A DNA stretch of 64,000 nucleotides. It comes from Anaerohalosphaeraceae bacterium (GTDB lineage Bacteria > Planctomycetota > Phycisphaerae > Sedimentisphaerales > Anaerohalosphaeraceae). Of the stretch, positions 8,862-18,169 are shown in pieces. The stretch lies in assembly GCA_963675525.2 (NCBI GenBank), contig CAXXSL010000005.1, forward strand, positions 64,001-128,000, written 5' to 3'. The position numbers and the translations under genes are program-made. The stretch's first letter is position 1; every line of letters begins with the position of its first letter. The notes below the pieces were generated by a model, which had not been told where the DNA came from, did no database searches, and was given only the letters and a program-made list of their open reading frames with translations.

Positions 8862-10139
8862 TTAGAATTTCATTATCTCAATTGCTTCCAGTGTTTTGTT
8901 AATGTGTTGTTGGGTATGAGTGGTTGAGAGGAAGTATGCTTCGAACTGGGAGGGGGGGAGGTACACTCCGCTATTCAACATGTGGCGGAAGTATTTTGCG
9001 TATTGTTTGGTATCGGATTTGGCCGCGGTGTTGTAGTCGGTTATTTCCTGCTCATTGAAGAAGAGGGTGAACATTGAGCCGATACGGTTGATTTTGTGGG
9101 GGATGGACTTTTTCGTTAAAACTTCAGAGATTCCGCCGCAGAGACAGTCCGTCATGGAGGCCAATTTCTTATAGGGATTTTTGGTTTTTAGTTGCCTCAG
9201 GGTTGCGATCCCGGCGGCGACGCAGACGGGGTTGCCGGAGAGGGTTCCGGCCTGATAGACGGCGCCTTCGGGGGCGAGTTTGTTCATAATCGCGGCTTTG
9301 CCGCCGACGGCACCGATGGGGAAGCCGCCGCCGATGATCTTGCCGAGCGTGGTCAGGTCAGGCTTTATGTTATAGACGGTCTGTGCTCCGCCATAGGCCA
9401 GGCGAAAGCCGGAGATGACCTCGTCGAAAATCAATATCGCTTTGTTTTTCGTGCACAGGGTGCGCAGCTTTTTCAAAAATCCTGGTTCGGGCAGGACAAC
9501 TCCCATATTACCCGCAACCGGCTCAACGATGACCGCGGCGATGCGTCCGGCATATTTGGCGAAGAGCTTTTCGACGGCTTCGGCGTTGTTGTAGGGGGCG
9601 AGCAGGGTGTTTTTGGCGAAGTCTTTGGGGACGCCGGGGCTGGAGGGGGCACCGAGTGTCATCAATCCGGAGCCGGCGCTGACGAGCATGTGGTCCACGT
9701 GGCCGTGGTAGCAGCCGACGAATTTGATGACCATGTCGCGGCCGGTGGCTCCGCGGGCCAGGCGGATGGCGGTCATGACGGCTTCGGTGCCGGAACTGAC
9801 GAGGCGGACCTTGTCGATGGAGTCGAAGGCGGTGACGATCATTTCGGCCAGTTGGGTTTCGAGGTGGGTCGGGATGCCGTAGCTGGTGCCGTTGGCCATG
9901 ACTTTTTTGACTTCGGCGAGTACGGTGCTATTGGCGTGGCCGAGGATCATCGGGCCCCATGACAGACAATAGTCGATGTAGCGGTTGCCGTCTTCGTCGT
10001 AGAGGTAGGGGCCTTTGGCTTTTTGGATGAATATGGGCGCGGCACCGACGCTTTTGAAGGCGCGGACGGGGCTGTTGACACCGCCGGGGATGACTTTTTT
10101 AGCCTGTTTGAATAGCTGTGCACTTTTTTTATTTTTCAT
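8862..10139 (-). CDS. hemL: Glutamate-1-semialdehyde 2,1-aminomutase
   Basis: PGGVNSPVRAF, SGTEAVM, FDEVISGFR, GKIIGGG, YQAGTLSGNP, PPSQFEA. Confidence 0.98.
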   Translation of the reverse strand: MKNKKSAQLFKQAKKVIPGGVNSPVRAFKSVGAAPIFIQKAKGPYLYDEDGNRYIDYCLSWGPMILGHANSTVLAEVKKVMANGTSYGIPTHLETQLAEMIVTAFDSIDKVRLVSSGTEAVMTAIRLARGATGRDMVIKFVGCYHGHVDHMLVSAGSGLMTLGAPSSPGVPKDFAKNTLLAPYNNAEAVEKLFAKYAGRIAAVIVEPVAGNMGVVLPEPGFLKKLRTLCTKNKAILIFDEVISGFRLAYGGAQTVYNIKPDLTTLGKIIGGGFPIGAVGGKAAIMNKLAPEGAVYQAGTLSGNPVCVAAGIATLRQLKTKNPYKKLASMTDCLCGGISEVLTKKSIPHKINRIGSMFTLFFNEQEITDYNTAAKSDTKQYAKYFRHMLNSGVYLPPSQFEAYFLSTTHTQQHINKTLEAIEIMKF

Positions 10140-10204
10140 AAACGTTTCCTGCTTTTTTTGCCACAGAGAATACTGAGTTCTCAGATGTTTCAATTTTTGT
10201 TATT

Positions 10205-10353
10205 CGACCCCGTCGGAGTCGGTTAAATTTGCTGACATCAACCAAGGGTTCCGATCGCTTCGCGCCCTGCACCCGCGGCTACCATTATTTAAGCCCTGCG
10301 GGCTTATGGAATTTTCTATTTATACAGATTCCTCACATTCGTTCGAAATGACA
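10205..10353. repeat. REP-like palindromic elements between hemL and cobA-hemD
   Basis: CGACCCCGTCGGAGTCG and AAGCCCTGCGGGCTT hairpins; AGATTCCTCACATTCGTTCGAAATGACA (10326-10353) resembles the reverse complement of the TGTCATCCTGAG..GATCT element at 55999. Confidence 0.55.
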
Positions 10354-10362
10354 AGGAATGCA

Positions 10363-11751
10363 TTATTCACTTTTCTCTACGATCTTTGCGTCGATATTGT
10401 GTTCTTTCGCCGTGGTTTGTGTAGGGCCTCCGAGACACAGGGCCTGAATGTGGTCGGGGACGGTTCCGATCTTTTTGGCGAATGCCTTGACGGTCGAGCC
10501 GCTGGTGAAGAGGATCTGGTCGATGTAGTCGAGGTCCACGTCGTCGATTTCCTTTTCAATGGTCTTATAGACGGTCAGTTTCTCCACTTTGGCACCGCGG
10601 CCAGCCAGACCGTTTGGCAATTCTTCTGAACTGATTTCAGCCTGCGGCAGAAGGATCGACTTGCCGGAAACGTCCACGTCGGTGAACGCTTCGAGCAGTC
10701 CGGCACTGGATTCGACGTTGGCACACAGGTCAGCATTGATGCCGAATTCCATCAGCCGCTCGCCGCTGGCCTTGCCGATGACGGCGAATGTTGTATTGGC
10801 AAAGACGCGGGTATCCCGTCCCATCGCGAAAAGTTTTTTGAAGAAGAACCTGATGCCGTTGCCGCTGGTAAAGACGATCCAGTCATATTTGCCGGCGTTC
10901 TTGAGCGTATCGCTGTCTGTATTGTCGGCTTCGACGCACTCAATAATCTGGCGGTGGACGATGGTGCCGAGGTGGACGTATCGTTCGGGATAATTGCCGA
11001 GCAGCAGGATGCGGGGCTTTTTGGAAAACCAATCCAGCTTTTCCTGGAGTTCGACGACTTTGCCGACGATGAAGATAGCCGGGGTCCGCAGGGGGGTTTC
11101 TTTGAGGACGTCGAGGAAATTGTCGAGGGTGCCTTTGATGACGCGCTGGTCATAGCAGGTGCCGTGCTCGACGGCGGCGATCTTTGTGTCGGGAGTGTAG
11201 CCCGCTTGCAGCAGGGAACTGACGATGTTTTTAATATTGCCGACCGACATCAGGAAGATGACCGTGCCCGCTTTGGGGATGTCGATGGGGCGGGTATCGC
11301 CTTTTTTGCGGTGGCCGGTGACGACGGCGATGTTTGAGGTGCAGTCGCGGTGTGTCGGCGGAATGCCGGCGTAGCAGGGGGCGGCCAGGGCGCTTGTGAT
11401 GCCGGGGATGACCTCGAACGCAACGCCTGCATCGTAGCAGGCCTCGGCTTCTTCGCCCCCGCGGCCGAAGAGATAGCAATCGCCGCCTTTGAGTCGAGCC
11501 ACGAGTTTGCCTTCTTTGGCTTTTGCGACGATCAGGTCGTTGATTCCTTCCTGCGGCAGAGTGTGATTGGCAGCGAATTTGCCGACGGAGATCATCTCGG
11601 CGCCTGGTTTGGCATGGTTCAGCAGTTCGTGCGAGATCAGGTGGTCATAGAGGATGACATCGGCCTGCGAAAGGACCTTCAGGCCTTTTACGGTTATTAA
11701 TTCTTTATCACCGGGGCCGGCGCCAATCAGGAAAACCTTCGTTTTTGACAT
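10363..11751 (-). CDS. cobA: Fused uroporphyrinogen-III C-methyltransferase / uroporphyrinogen-III synthase (CobA-HemD)
   Basis: LIGAGPGD, RLKGGD..FGRGGEE, PGITSA; C-terminal HemD motifs WIVFTSGNG and FTSGSTV. Confidence 0.93.
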   Translation of the reverse strand: MSKTKVFLIGAGPGDKELITVKGLKVLSQADVILYDHLISHELLNHAKPGAEMISVGKFAANHTLPQEGINDLIVAKAKEGKLVARLKGGDCYLFGRGGEEAEACYDAGVAFEVIPGITSALAAPCYAGIPPTHRDCTSNIAVVTGHRKKGDTRPIDIPKAGTVIFLMSVGNIKNIVSSLLQAGYTPDTKIAAVEHGTCYDQRVIKGTLDNFLDVLKETPLRTPAIFIVGKVVELQEKLDWFSKKPRILLLGNYPERYVHLGTIVHRQIIECVEADNTDSDTLKNAGKYDWIVFTSGNGIRFFFKKLFAMGRDTRVFANTTFAVIGKASGERLMEFGINADLCANVESSAGLLEAFTDVDVSGKSILLPQAEISSEELPNGLAGRGAKVEKLTVYKTIEKEIDDVDLDYIDQILFTSGSTVKAFAKKIGTVPDHIQALCLGGPTQTTAKEHNIDAKIVEKSE

Positions 11752-11904
11752 GTATTAAATCCCGAAAAACATCATTTTATTTTGTGCCGGAGTCGATATA
11801 CTATGTATAGTATCAGGTTGGATTACAGTCAACAAAAAAGTTTAAGGCCAAAAGCCTGGGGCAGGACGCATTGAACGAATAGATTTGCAGGGAGAAAGAG
11901 CGGT

Positions 11905-12354
11905 TTGGATAGCCTTGACCACAAGATTATAACAGAGCTTCAGGAAAACTTTCCATTAGAGGCCAATCCCTATGAGATTTTGGCTGATAACGTGGGAGTC
12001 AGCGTGGATGAATTGTGGCGACGGGTCCTTGCATTGGTTGATTCGGGTGTTATCCGGCGAATCGGGTTTAGCATTGATTCGCGGAAGATAGGGTATTGCA
12101 GTACGCTAACAGGGGTGCGGGTTTCGCCGGAACGAATCGAGGAGGCCGCGCAGTTAATATCCACGTATCCCCAAATTACCCATAGCTATCTCAGGGAGGA
12201 TGCCTTTAATATCTGGTTTACCGTTATTGCCGAAGACAAGGAGCATATTTCGGCTGTATTGGATGAGATTCGCTTGAAACTCGATTTGTCCGGTGAGGAT
12301 ATGATGGATTTGCCGGTTGAAAAACTTTTTAAGCTTGATGCGAGATTTAAATAA
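11905..12354 (+). CDS. ahbA: Siroheme decarboxylase subunit alpha (Lrp/AsnC-like)
   Basis: LQENFPL..PY, GVIRRIG, ITHSYLR..FNIWFT; TTG start. Confidence 0.85.
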   Translation: MDSLDHKIITELQENFPLEANPYEILADNVGVSVDELWRRVLALVDSGVIRRIGFSIDSRKIGYCSTLTGVRVSPERIEEAAQLISTYPQITHSYLREDAFNIWFTVIAEDKEHISAVLDEIRLKLDLSGEDMMDLPVEKLFKLDARFK

Positions 12355-12576
12355 TCCTTATGTTTTGTTGTCAAGCATGTCCCTTCCTACATTTAAGATT
12401 TGGTGTTGAATCTCAATCGAATCCCTATTAAAATGCGCCAATTAACTTAAAAAGAGCAGGATATTGCTAAAAAAAACCATTCGGAGATAGCGGATAAAAA
12501 GAAAACCTGTCATAATCATGAGGTTGCATTATGACGGTATGTCGACCATAGCAAAGTTAAAGACAAGGACGTAATT

Positions 12577-13995
12577 TTGAGGTTTCGCGGCGGATACAAC
12601 ATTAAATTTGACGGCAAACCCGACGGACTGCTGAAGGATGTAAAGCGTTCTGAGATTCTCTATTTACCCCTTAAAAGCAGGTCATTTGATTTTTCGACCG
12701 TATGCGTCGACCATGGTCAGCGAGTTGGTCTTGGGGAGGTGCTCGCGAAGGATTCGAATCATTATGATGTTCCGTTGCTGTCGCCCAGTTGCGGTGTCGT
12801 CAATTTAGAAAAAACGCCGGGGCATATTACATTAGAAGATTTGTCCGCAGGTGATGTCAAATCATACACGTATCAAGATGACCAGGAGCACATCCATAAA
12901 AATGTAGGCTCTGCGTCGCTCAAACGTAAGCTACTGAATCTGGGTGCCTGGGAATTTGTGAAGGATGCGTATACCGATCGGATGCCGGATCCTCTTTCAA
13001 CCCCGCAGGCTGTTATTGTGTCAACGGTTCAGCTTGAACCGTTTCTTGTCCGAGGCGATGTTTTATTGAAAGAATCTCTGCGTCAATTCACACGCGGTCT
13101 TGAACACCTTCAGTCACTTCTTGAGTATCAACCGATGTATCTTGCATTTCCGAAGATCACGTCGGACTTTGCGGCAAAGATCAAAGAGCAGATTCGCGGT
13201 TATGCCTGGGTCAAACTGATCGAGGTGCCGTTGAAATATCCCTATGATAATTTTGAGATATTGTCGCGCCATATCGGACTGAAGCGCAGTCAGGGGTCTA
13301 TTTGGGGCGTGAATGTAGAAGGTGTTCTGGCGATCGACAATGCATTGACGAGCTCCAAGCCATGTGTTGAGCGGATTATATCCGTCGCAGGGCCCGGGGC
13401 CAGTCAGCCGGTGCATCTGCGTCTGACAGCGGGCTACCCAATCTCTGCGATCAAGGAAGCATACTCTTTAGAAAATACAATTACGATAAACGGAGGGATG
13501 TTAACAGGGCGGCTTTTAGAGGATGATGACAAGGGGGTTCCTGCCGAATGCCGGGGAATCACTTTTATTCCGGAACACTTGAGCCGTGAATTCCTGGGGT
13601 GGGTCCGTCCCGGATTTGACCGGCAGTCCTATTCCGCTTCTTTTATGAGCTCTCTGTGCAGTCTGTTCCCGGAGCGTGTGACCAATGCAATCCGGGGTGA
13701 ACTTCGCCCGTGCGTTTCATGCGGTTTCTGCGAAGACGTCTGTCCGGCGGGAATCATGCCTCATCGATTGCACAAATTGATCTATCAGGATGATATCGAT
13801 GCCGTTGAACAGTTTCGTATTGACCTGTGTGTCGAATGTGGTTTGTGTTCGTTCGTTTGTCCTTCAAAGATCGAATTAATGCAACAATTTAAGGACATGA
13901 AACAAACGATCCTGAAAGAAAAAGAGATTGCCGCCGCTGAGGCGGCTAAAGAAGCGGCTAAAAAAGCGGCAGAGTCGCAGGTGGACACCGAATAA
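12577..13995 (+). CDS. nqrA: Na+-translocating NADH:quinone oxidoreductase subunit A-like, with two 4Fe-4S motifs
   Basis: NqrA-type N-terminus (RGGYNIKFDGKP), first gene of an nqr-order operon; C-terminal CVSCGFCEDVCP and CVECGLCSFVCP. Confidence 0.8.
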   Translation: MRFRGGYNIKFDGKPDGLLKDVKRSEILYLPLKSRSFDFSTVCVDHGQRVGLGEVLAKDSNHYDVPLLSPSCGVVNLEKTPGHITLEDLSAGDVKSYTYQDDQEHIHKNVGSASLKRKLLNLGAWEFVKDAYTDRMPDPLSTPQAVIVSTVQLEPFLVRGDVLLKESLRQFTRGLEHLQSLLEYQPMYLAFPKITSDFAAKIKEQIRGYAWVKLIEVPLKYPYDNFEILSRHIGLKRSQGSIWGVNVEGVLAIDNALTSSKPCVERIISVAGPGASQPVHLRLTAGYPISAIKEAYSLENTITINGGMLTGRLLEDDDKGVPAECRGITFIPEHLSREFLGWVRPGFDRQSYSASFMSSLCSLFPERVTNAIRGELRPCVSCGFCEDVCPAGIMPHRLHKLIYQDDIDAVEQFRIDLCVECGLCSFVCPSKIELMQQFKDMKQTILKEKEIAAAEAAKEAAKKAAESQVDTE

Positions 13996-14019
13996 GTATG
14001 ACGAATTAGGGAAATCATA

Positions 14020-15105
14020 GTGAAATTACTGTTTCAATTATTCGAAAAGGTTAGCCCGATATTTAAAGAGGGCGGGAAGTTGTCTTTCATGAGGCCGCTT
14101 TATGAGGCGATGGAAAACTTCTTTTTCGCACCCTCCGCCAGGACATTGTGTGCTCCTTTCAGCCGTGACCCATTGGACATTAAGCGGTATATGACGATGG
14201 TGATCATTGGACTGCTGCCCTGTGTGGCGGCGTCTATCTATTTCTTTGGCCTTCGTGTCATCCCGATGATCATAGTTTCTTATATGGCCGGAGGGGTTGT
14301 GGAGGTCGCCTTTGCGGTGATTCGAAAAGAAGAAATCGCCGAGGGTTTTCTTGTTACGGGTCTGATCTTTCCGCTTGTTTTGCCACCGACCACTCCATTG
14401 TGGATGGTGGCGATCGGTTGTGCCTTCGGTGTTTTTGTGGGCAAAGAAGTTTTCGGCGGGACGGGACGAAACCTGTTTAATCCGGCCATTGTCGGTAGAT
14501 GCTTTTTGGCGCTGGCGTATCCGGCGGCAATGTCATCCAGTTGGGTTGAACCCGGACACGGCATTACGGGGCGTTTACTGCAGTATGTAACGAGTGCTAA
14601 TGTCGAGGCCATTACTTCGGCAACGCCACTGATTCATGCCAAACACGGGCTTTTTGAAGATGCCTCCCATTTGGTACTTGGAAGTATTCCCGGTTGTATT
14701 GGTGAAACATCCGGCTTGATGATTCTCTGTGGCGGGATTTTCCTGCTGATGACAAAAGTTGCGAACTGGCGAACGGTTGCCAGTATCCTTGTCTCAGCGG
14801 CTGTTTTGGAAACTATCCTGAATGCAGTCAATCCCGATCAATATGCCCCGGCGATGTGGCACATCTTTGCGGGCGGAATGTTGTTTGGGGCGTTTTTTAT
14901 GGCAACGGATCCGGTATCCAGTCCTTCGACCAACGAAGGTAAATGGGTTTATGGTATTTTGATCGGCGCAATCACCATTTTGATCCGTAACTTCAGCGGA
15001 TATGTAGAAGGTATGATGTTCGCGATCCTGTTGGGCAATATTGCGGCTCCGATCATTGATGAGATGGTTTTCAGCGTTCGACTGAGGTTGCTTAGAAATG
15101 AATAA
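14020..15105 (+). CDS. nqrB: NQR subunit B (RnfD/NqrB family)
   Basis: NqrB-type N-terminus (FKEGGKL..LYEA..DPLDIKRYM), KEVFGGTGRNLFNPA, FMN site ITSATPL, FMATDPVS. Confidence 0.9.
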   Translation: MKLLFQLFEKVSPIFKEGGKLSFMRPLYEAMENFFFAPSARTLCAPFSRDPLDIKRYMTMVIIGLLPCVAASIYFFGLRVIPMIIVSYMAGGVVEVAFAVIRKEEIAEGFLVTGLIFPLVLPPTTPLWMVAIGCAFGVFVGKEVFGGTGRNLFNPAIVGRCFLALAYPAAMSSSWVEPGHGITGRLLQYVTSANVEAITSATPLIHAKHGLFEDASHLVLGSIPGCIGETSGLMILCGGIFLLMTKVANWRTVASILVSAAVLETILNAVNPDQYAPAMWHIFAGGMLFGAFFMATDPVSSPSTNEGKWVYGILIGAITILIRNFSGYVEGMMFAILLGNIAAPIIDEMVFSVRLRLLRNE

Positions 15106-15745
15106 ATTTCGCCAAAATATCTATACGATCTGTTTTGCCGTCATTTTAGGATTGACGTGTGCAACCCTGTTGACGGCGGCCGCAGAATTTACACGGCCCA
15201 AACAAACTGAAAACAAAAAGGCAGAGGAAATCAAGAATATTCTGGCGGCATTAAAAGTTCCGTTTGATGCACATGGAGGTCCCGGCGAACTGATCGCTAT
15301 TTTCGAGCGGGATGTCATCGAACAAACGCTTGGCCAGGAAGACTCTTTGACACTTTATGTCTATCAGCCTGAGGGCTCTGAAAGGCCGGTCGCTGTGGCT
15401 GTTCGATTTGTCGGCCCGGGGTTGTGGGGGCCGATCAAGGGCTTTTTAGCACTTGAGCCTGATTATCAAACGATTCGCGGCGTGACATTTTACGAGCAGG
15501 AAGAGACTCCGGGTCTCGGAGGTGAAATTGTAACGGATGATTTCCGGAGCCGTTTTGAAAGTAAACACATCGCCAATGAGCAGGGTCGGTGGGGGATCGA
15601 TATTGTTCCCGGCAGTGGTGAACATGCCGGCATCAACGAGATCGCCGGCATTTCAGGGGCAACGATGACTTGTGACAAAGTAGAAGAAATGATTAATGCG
15701 GTCATTGAAACATTGGCAGAAAAGAGAGAGACCGATGGCCAATAA
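15098..15745 (+). CDS. nqrC: NQR subunit C (FMN-binding)
   Basis: N-terminal TM, GPGLWGPI, ETPGLGGEI, ISGATMT FMN motif. Confidence 0.9.
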   Translation: MNKFRQNIYTICFAVILGLTCATLLTAAAEFTRPKQTENKKAEEIKNILAALKVPFDAHGGPGELIAIFERDVIEQTLGQEDSLTLYVYQPEGSERPVAVAVRFVGPGLWGPIKGFLALEPDYQTIRGVTFYEQEETPGLGGEIVTDDFRSRFESKHIANEQGRWGIDIVPGSGEHAGINEIAGISGATMTCDKVEEMINAVIETLAEKRETDGQ

Positions 15746-16406
15746 GAATACATGTATGACGTGCGGAGGCAGCCAGGGACTTTGCGGCGGCAAGGGGATC
15801 GCCACGCTTAAAGACGGGATATGGACGAGCAATCCCCTGGCGATCCAGGTACTGGGTATTTGTTCGGCGCTGGCGGTCACCAATAAGCTCAGCAACTCGC
15901 TGGTGATGGGCGTGGCATTAATGTTTGTGTGTGTCGGCTCAAACCTGTTTGTTTCGCTTTTGAGAAATCACATTCCGCATCGAATTCGCATGATAGCGGA
16001 AGTTGCCATTATCGCGACCTTTGTTATTTTATTTGATCAATTTCTCAAGGCCTATTATTGGGAGATGTCAAAACAACTGGGACCGTATGTCGGACTGATC
16101 ATTACCAACTGTATTGTGATGGGTCGCGCCGAAGCCTTTGCATTGCAGAATGCACCACTCGTTTCAATGGTTGACGGGCTGGCCAATGGAATCGGGTATG
16201 GTGTCGCATTGGCGATTATTGGTTTTGTCAGAGAATTGTTCGGTTCCGGCCAGGTGGTCCTGTTCGGCATGACGATCGATCTTGGTTCCTGGTACACGCC
16301 GAATCAGCTTATGATCCTGGCTCCGGGGGCTTTTTTTGTATTTGGCGTTCTTATCGCGGCTTTCAATGTACTCAAAGGCAGTGATCCAGAGGAGGACAAG
16401 AAATGA
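15735..16406 (+). CDS. nqrD: NQR subunit D
   Basis: NPLAIQVLGICSALAVT, VGLIITNCIVMGRAEAFA, LAPGAFF. Confidence 0.92.
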   Translation: MANKNTCMTCGGSQGLCGGKGIATLKDGIWTSNPLAIQVLGICSALAVTNKLSNSLVMGVALMFVCVGSNLFVSLLRNHIPHRIRMIAEVAIIATFVILFDQFLKAYYWEMSKQLGPYVGLIITNCIVMGRAEAFALQNAPLVSMVDGLANGIGYGVALAIIGFVRELFGSGQVVLFGMTIDLGSWYTPNQLMILAPGAFFVFGVLIAAFNVLKGSDPEEDKK

Positions 16407-17026
16407 GTGAAACATCCGCCATTGTTATTCTGATCGCAGCGGTCTTTACCAACAATATTCTGCTCAGTAATTTTCTGGGAATGTGCTCCTTTATCGCCTG
16501 TTCCAGCCAAGTGGGGACCGCGTTGGGGTTAGGGACCGCTGTCACATTCGTAATGACCATGACAACCATGATCAATTACATCATTTATCATTATGTTTTG
16601 ATCTCGAAAGAGGCAGCCGGTCATTTTGTTCTGGTCGCCGCGGATCTGACCCATTTGCAGTTTATTGTTTTTATTGCTGTTATTGCGGCGTTCGTTCAGC
16701 TCGTTGAGATGATCGTGGAGCGATTCAGCCCGAAACTGTACTTTGCACTGGGAATATTTTTGCCGCTAATCACCGTGAATTGTGCGATCCTCGGGGCTTC
16801 GCTTTTTGCGATCATTCGTAATTATACATTTGTTCAAACAGTTGGTTTTGGGTTTGGTGCGGGCCTGGGTTGGCTGGTGGCGATTGTTTTGATGGCGGGA
16901 CTTCAGCAGAAGATGCAGTATAGTGATATTCCAAAGCCGTTCAAAGGCGTCTCCGTCGCGATGATCATTACCTGTGTGATGGCGATGGCGTTTATGGGTT
17001 TTGCCGGAATGGTGACTATTCAATAA
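16403..17026 (+). CDS. nqrE: NQR subunit E
   Basis: FLGMCSFIA, IAAFVQLVEM, LGIFLPLITVNCAILG, MAMAFMGFAG. Confidence 0.92.
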   Translation: MSETSAIVILIAAVFTNNILLSNFLGMCSFIACSSQVGTALGLGTAVTFVMTMTTMINYIIYHYVLISKEAAGHFVLVAADLTHLQFIVFIAVIAAFVQLVEMIVERFSPKLYFALGIFLPLITVNCAILGASLFAIIRNYTFVQTVGFGFGAGLGWLVAIVLMAGLQQKMQYSDIPKPFKGVSVAMIITCVMAMAFMGFAGMVTIQ

Positions 17027-17038
17027 GGAGACATTGGG

Positions 17039-18133
17039 GTGACGTTATATTTGAGTGCAGCATTGGTTTTTGGCGGGTTGGTCGCTGTGCTTGCGTTCGG
17101 TCTTATCATGGCGGAACGTTTCCTCGTGAATTATGGAATCTGTAAGCTCGATATTAATGCCGGGGAAAAACCGTTAGAGGTCGAAGGCGGCCAGACGCTT
17201 CTTTCCGCCTTATATTCCAACGAAATCTTTATTCCTTCCGCCTGCGGAGGTAAAGGCTCTTGCGGTCACTGCAAGATTACGGTTGACAGTGGCGGTGGGC
17301 CGTTGCTGCCGACTGAAACGCCGTATTTGTCCAGGGCGGAAGTCCGGTCGAATGTTCGATTAGCCTGTCAGGTAAAGATTCGTGAGGATATTTTTGTTAA
17401 AATCCCATCGGACCTGTTGAATGTCAAGATGTTCGAAGCGACCGTAGAGTACGTTCGCGACCTGACCCATGATACGAAGGAGGTCCGATTCAAACTCCAG
17501 GAACCGGCAGAGATCAGCCAGCGTCCTGGTCAGTATATTCAGGTTCAGGCTCCGTCGCCGGAAGGACCGGTCTTTAGAGCCTATTCCATCAGTTCGCCTT
17601 TGTATGACAACAATGCGGTCGAATTAATGGTCCGCCTGGTACCGGGGGGAATCGGTTCTACCTACATCCACAATCTTCAGCAGGGCGACCCCGTCACCTT
17701 TACCGGGCCGTACGGTGAGTTTTATCTAAATGATGACCCCGACGTCGAAATCGTTTGTGTCGGCGGCGGCTGCGGGATGGCTCCGATGAAAAACATCATT
17801 TATTCGCTCTATGATAAACACCCGGACCGTGTTTGCTGGCTGTTTTTCGGATGCCGTACGACAAAGGACATCTTTTACCTGGACGAATTCAAGGCACTTG
17901 CAGTCAAGCACCCCAATTTCCATGTGGTTTACGCTCTTTCGGATGAGTTAAACAATGGCGATAAGTGGGATGGCGAGACGGGCTTTATACATCTTTCCGT
18001 TGATAAATACCTTGAGCCCCGTGTTGCACGACAGGCCTTTTTGTGCGGCCCTCCTCCGATGATTGAAGCGGTAATGCGTGTCCTTGAGGATAAAGGGCTT
18101 TTGGAACAGGACATCTTTTATGATAAATTCTAA
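17039..18133 (+). CDS. nqrF: NQR subunit F-like (TM anchor, 2Fe-2S, FAD/NAD-binding)
   Basis: PSACGGKGSCGHC, RLACQ, RAYSISS, GPYGEF, GGGCGMAP, FLCGPPPM, YDKF. Confidence 0.85.
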   Translation: MTLYLSAALVFGGLVAVLAFGLIMAERFLVNYGICKLDINAGEKPLEVEGGQTLLSALYSNEIFIPSACGGKGSCGHCKITVDSGGGPLLPTETPYLSRAEVRSNVRLACQVKIREDIFVKIPSDLLNVKMFEATVEYVRDLTHDTKEVRFKLQEPAEISQRPGQYIQVQAPSPEGPVFRAYSISSPLYDNNAVELMVRLVPGGIGSTYIHNLQQGDPVTFTGPYGEFYLNDDPDVEIVCVGGGCGMAPMKNIIYSLYDKHPDRVCWLFFGCRTTKDIFYLDEFKALAVKHPNFHVVYALSDELNNGDKWDGETGFIHLSVDKYLEPRVARQAFLCGPPPMIEAVMRVLEDKGLLEQDIFYDKF

Positions 18134-18169
18134 CAGTGGTACTGAAGAATAATATGCCAAACTGACACG

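Noticed and set aside
9192..9962. 256-aa plus-strand ORF
   Set aside because: Antisense shadow of GC-rich hemL
12509..12536. GTCATAAT..ATTATGAC inverted repeat upstream of nqrA as a riboswitch
   Set aside because: Only an 8-bp stem with no recognisable aptamer consensus; could be an operator but is unsupported
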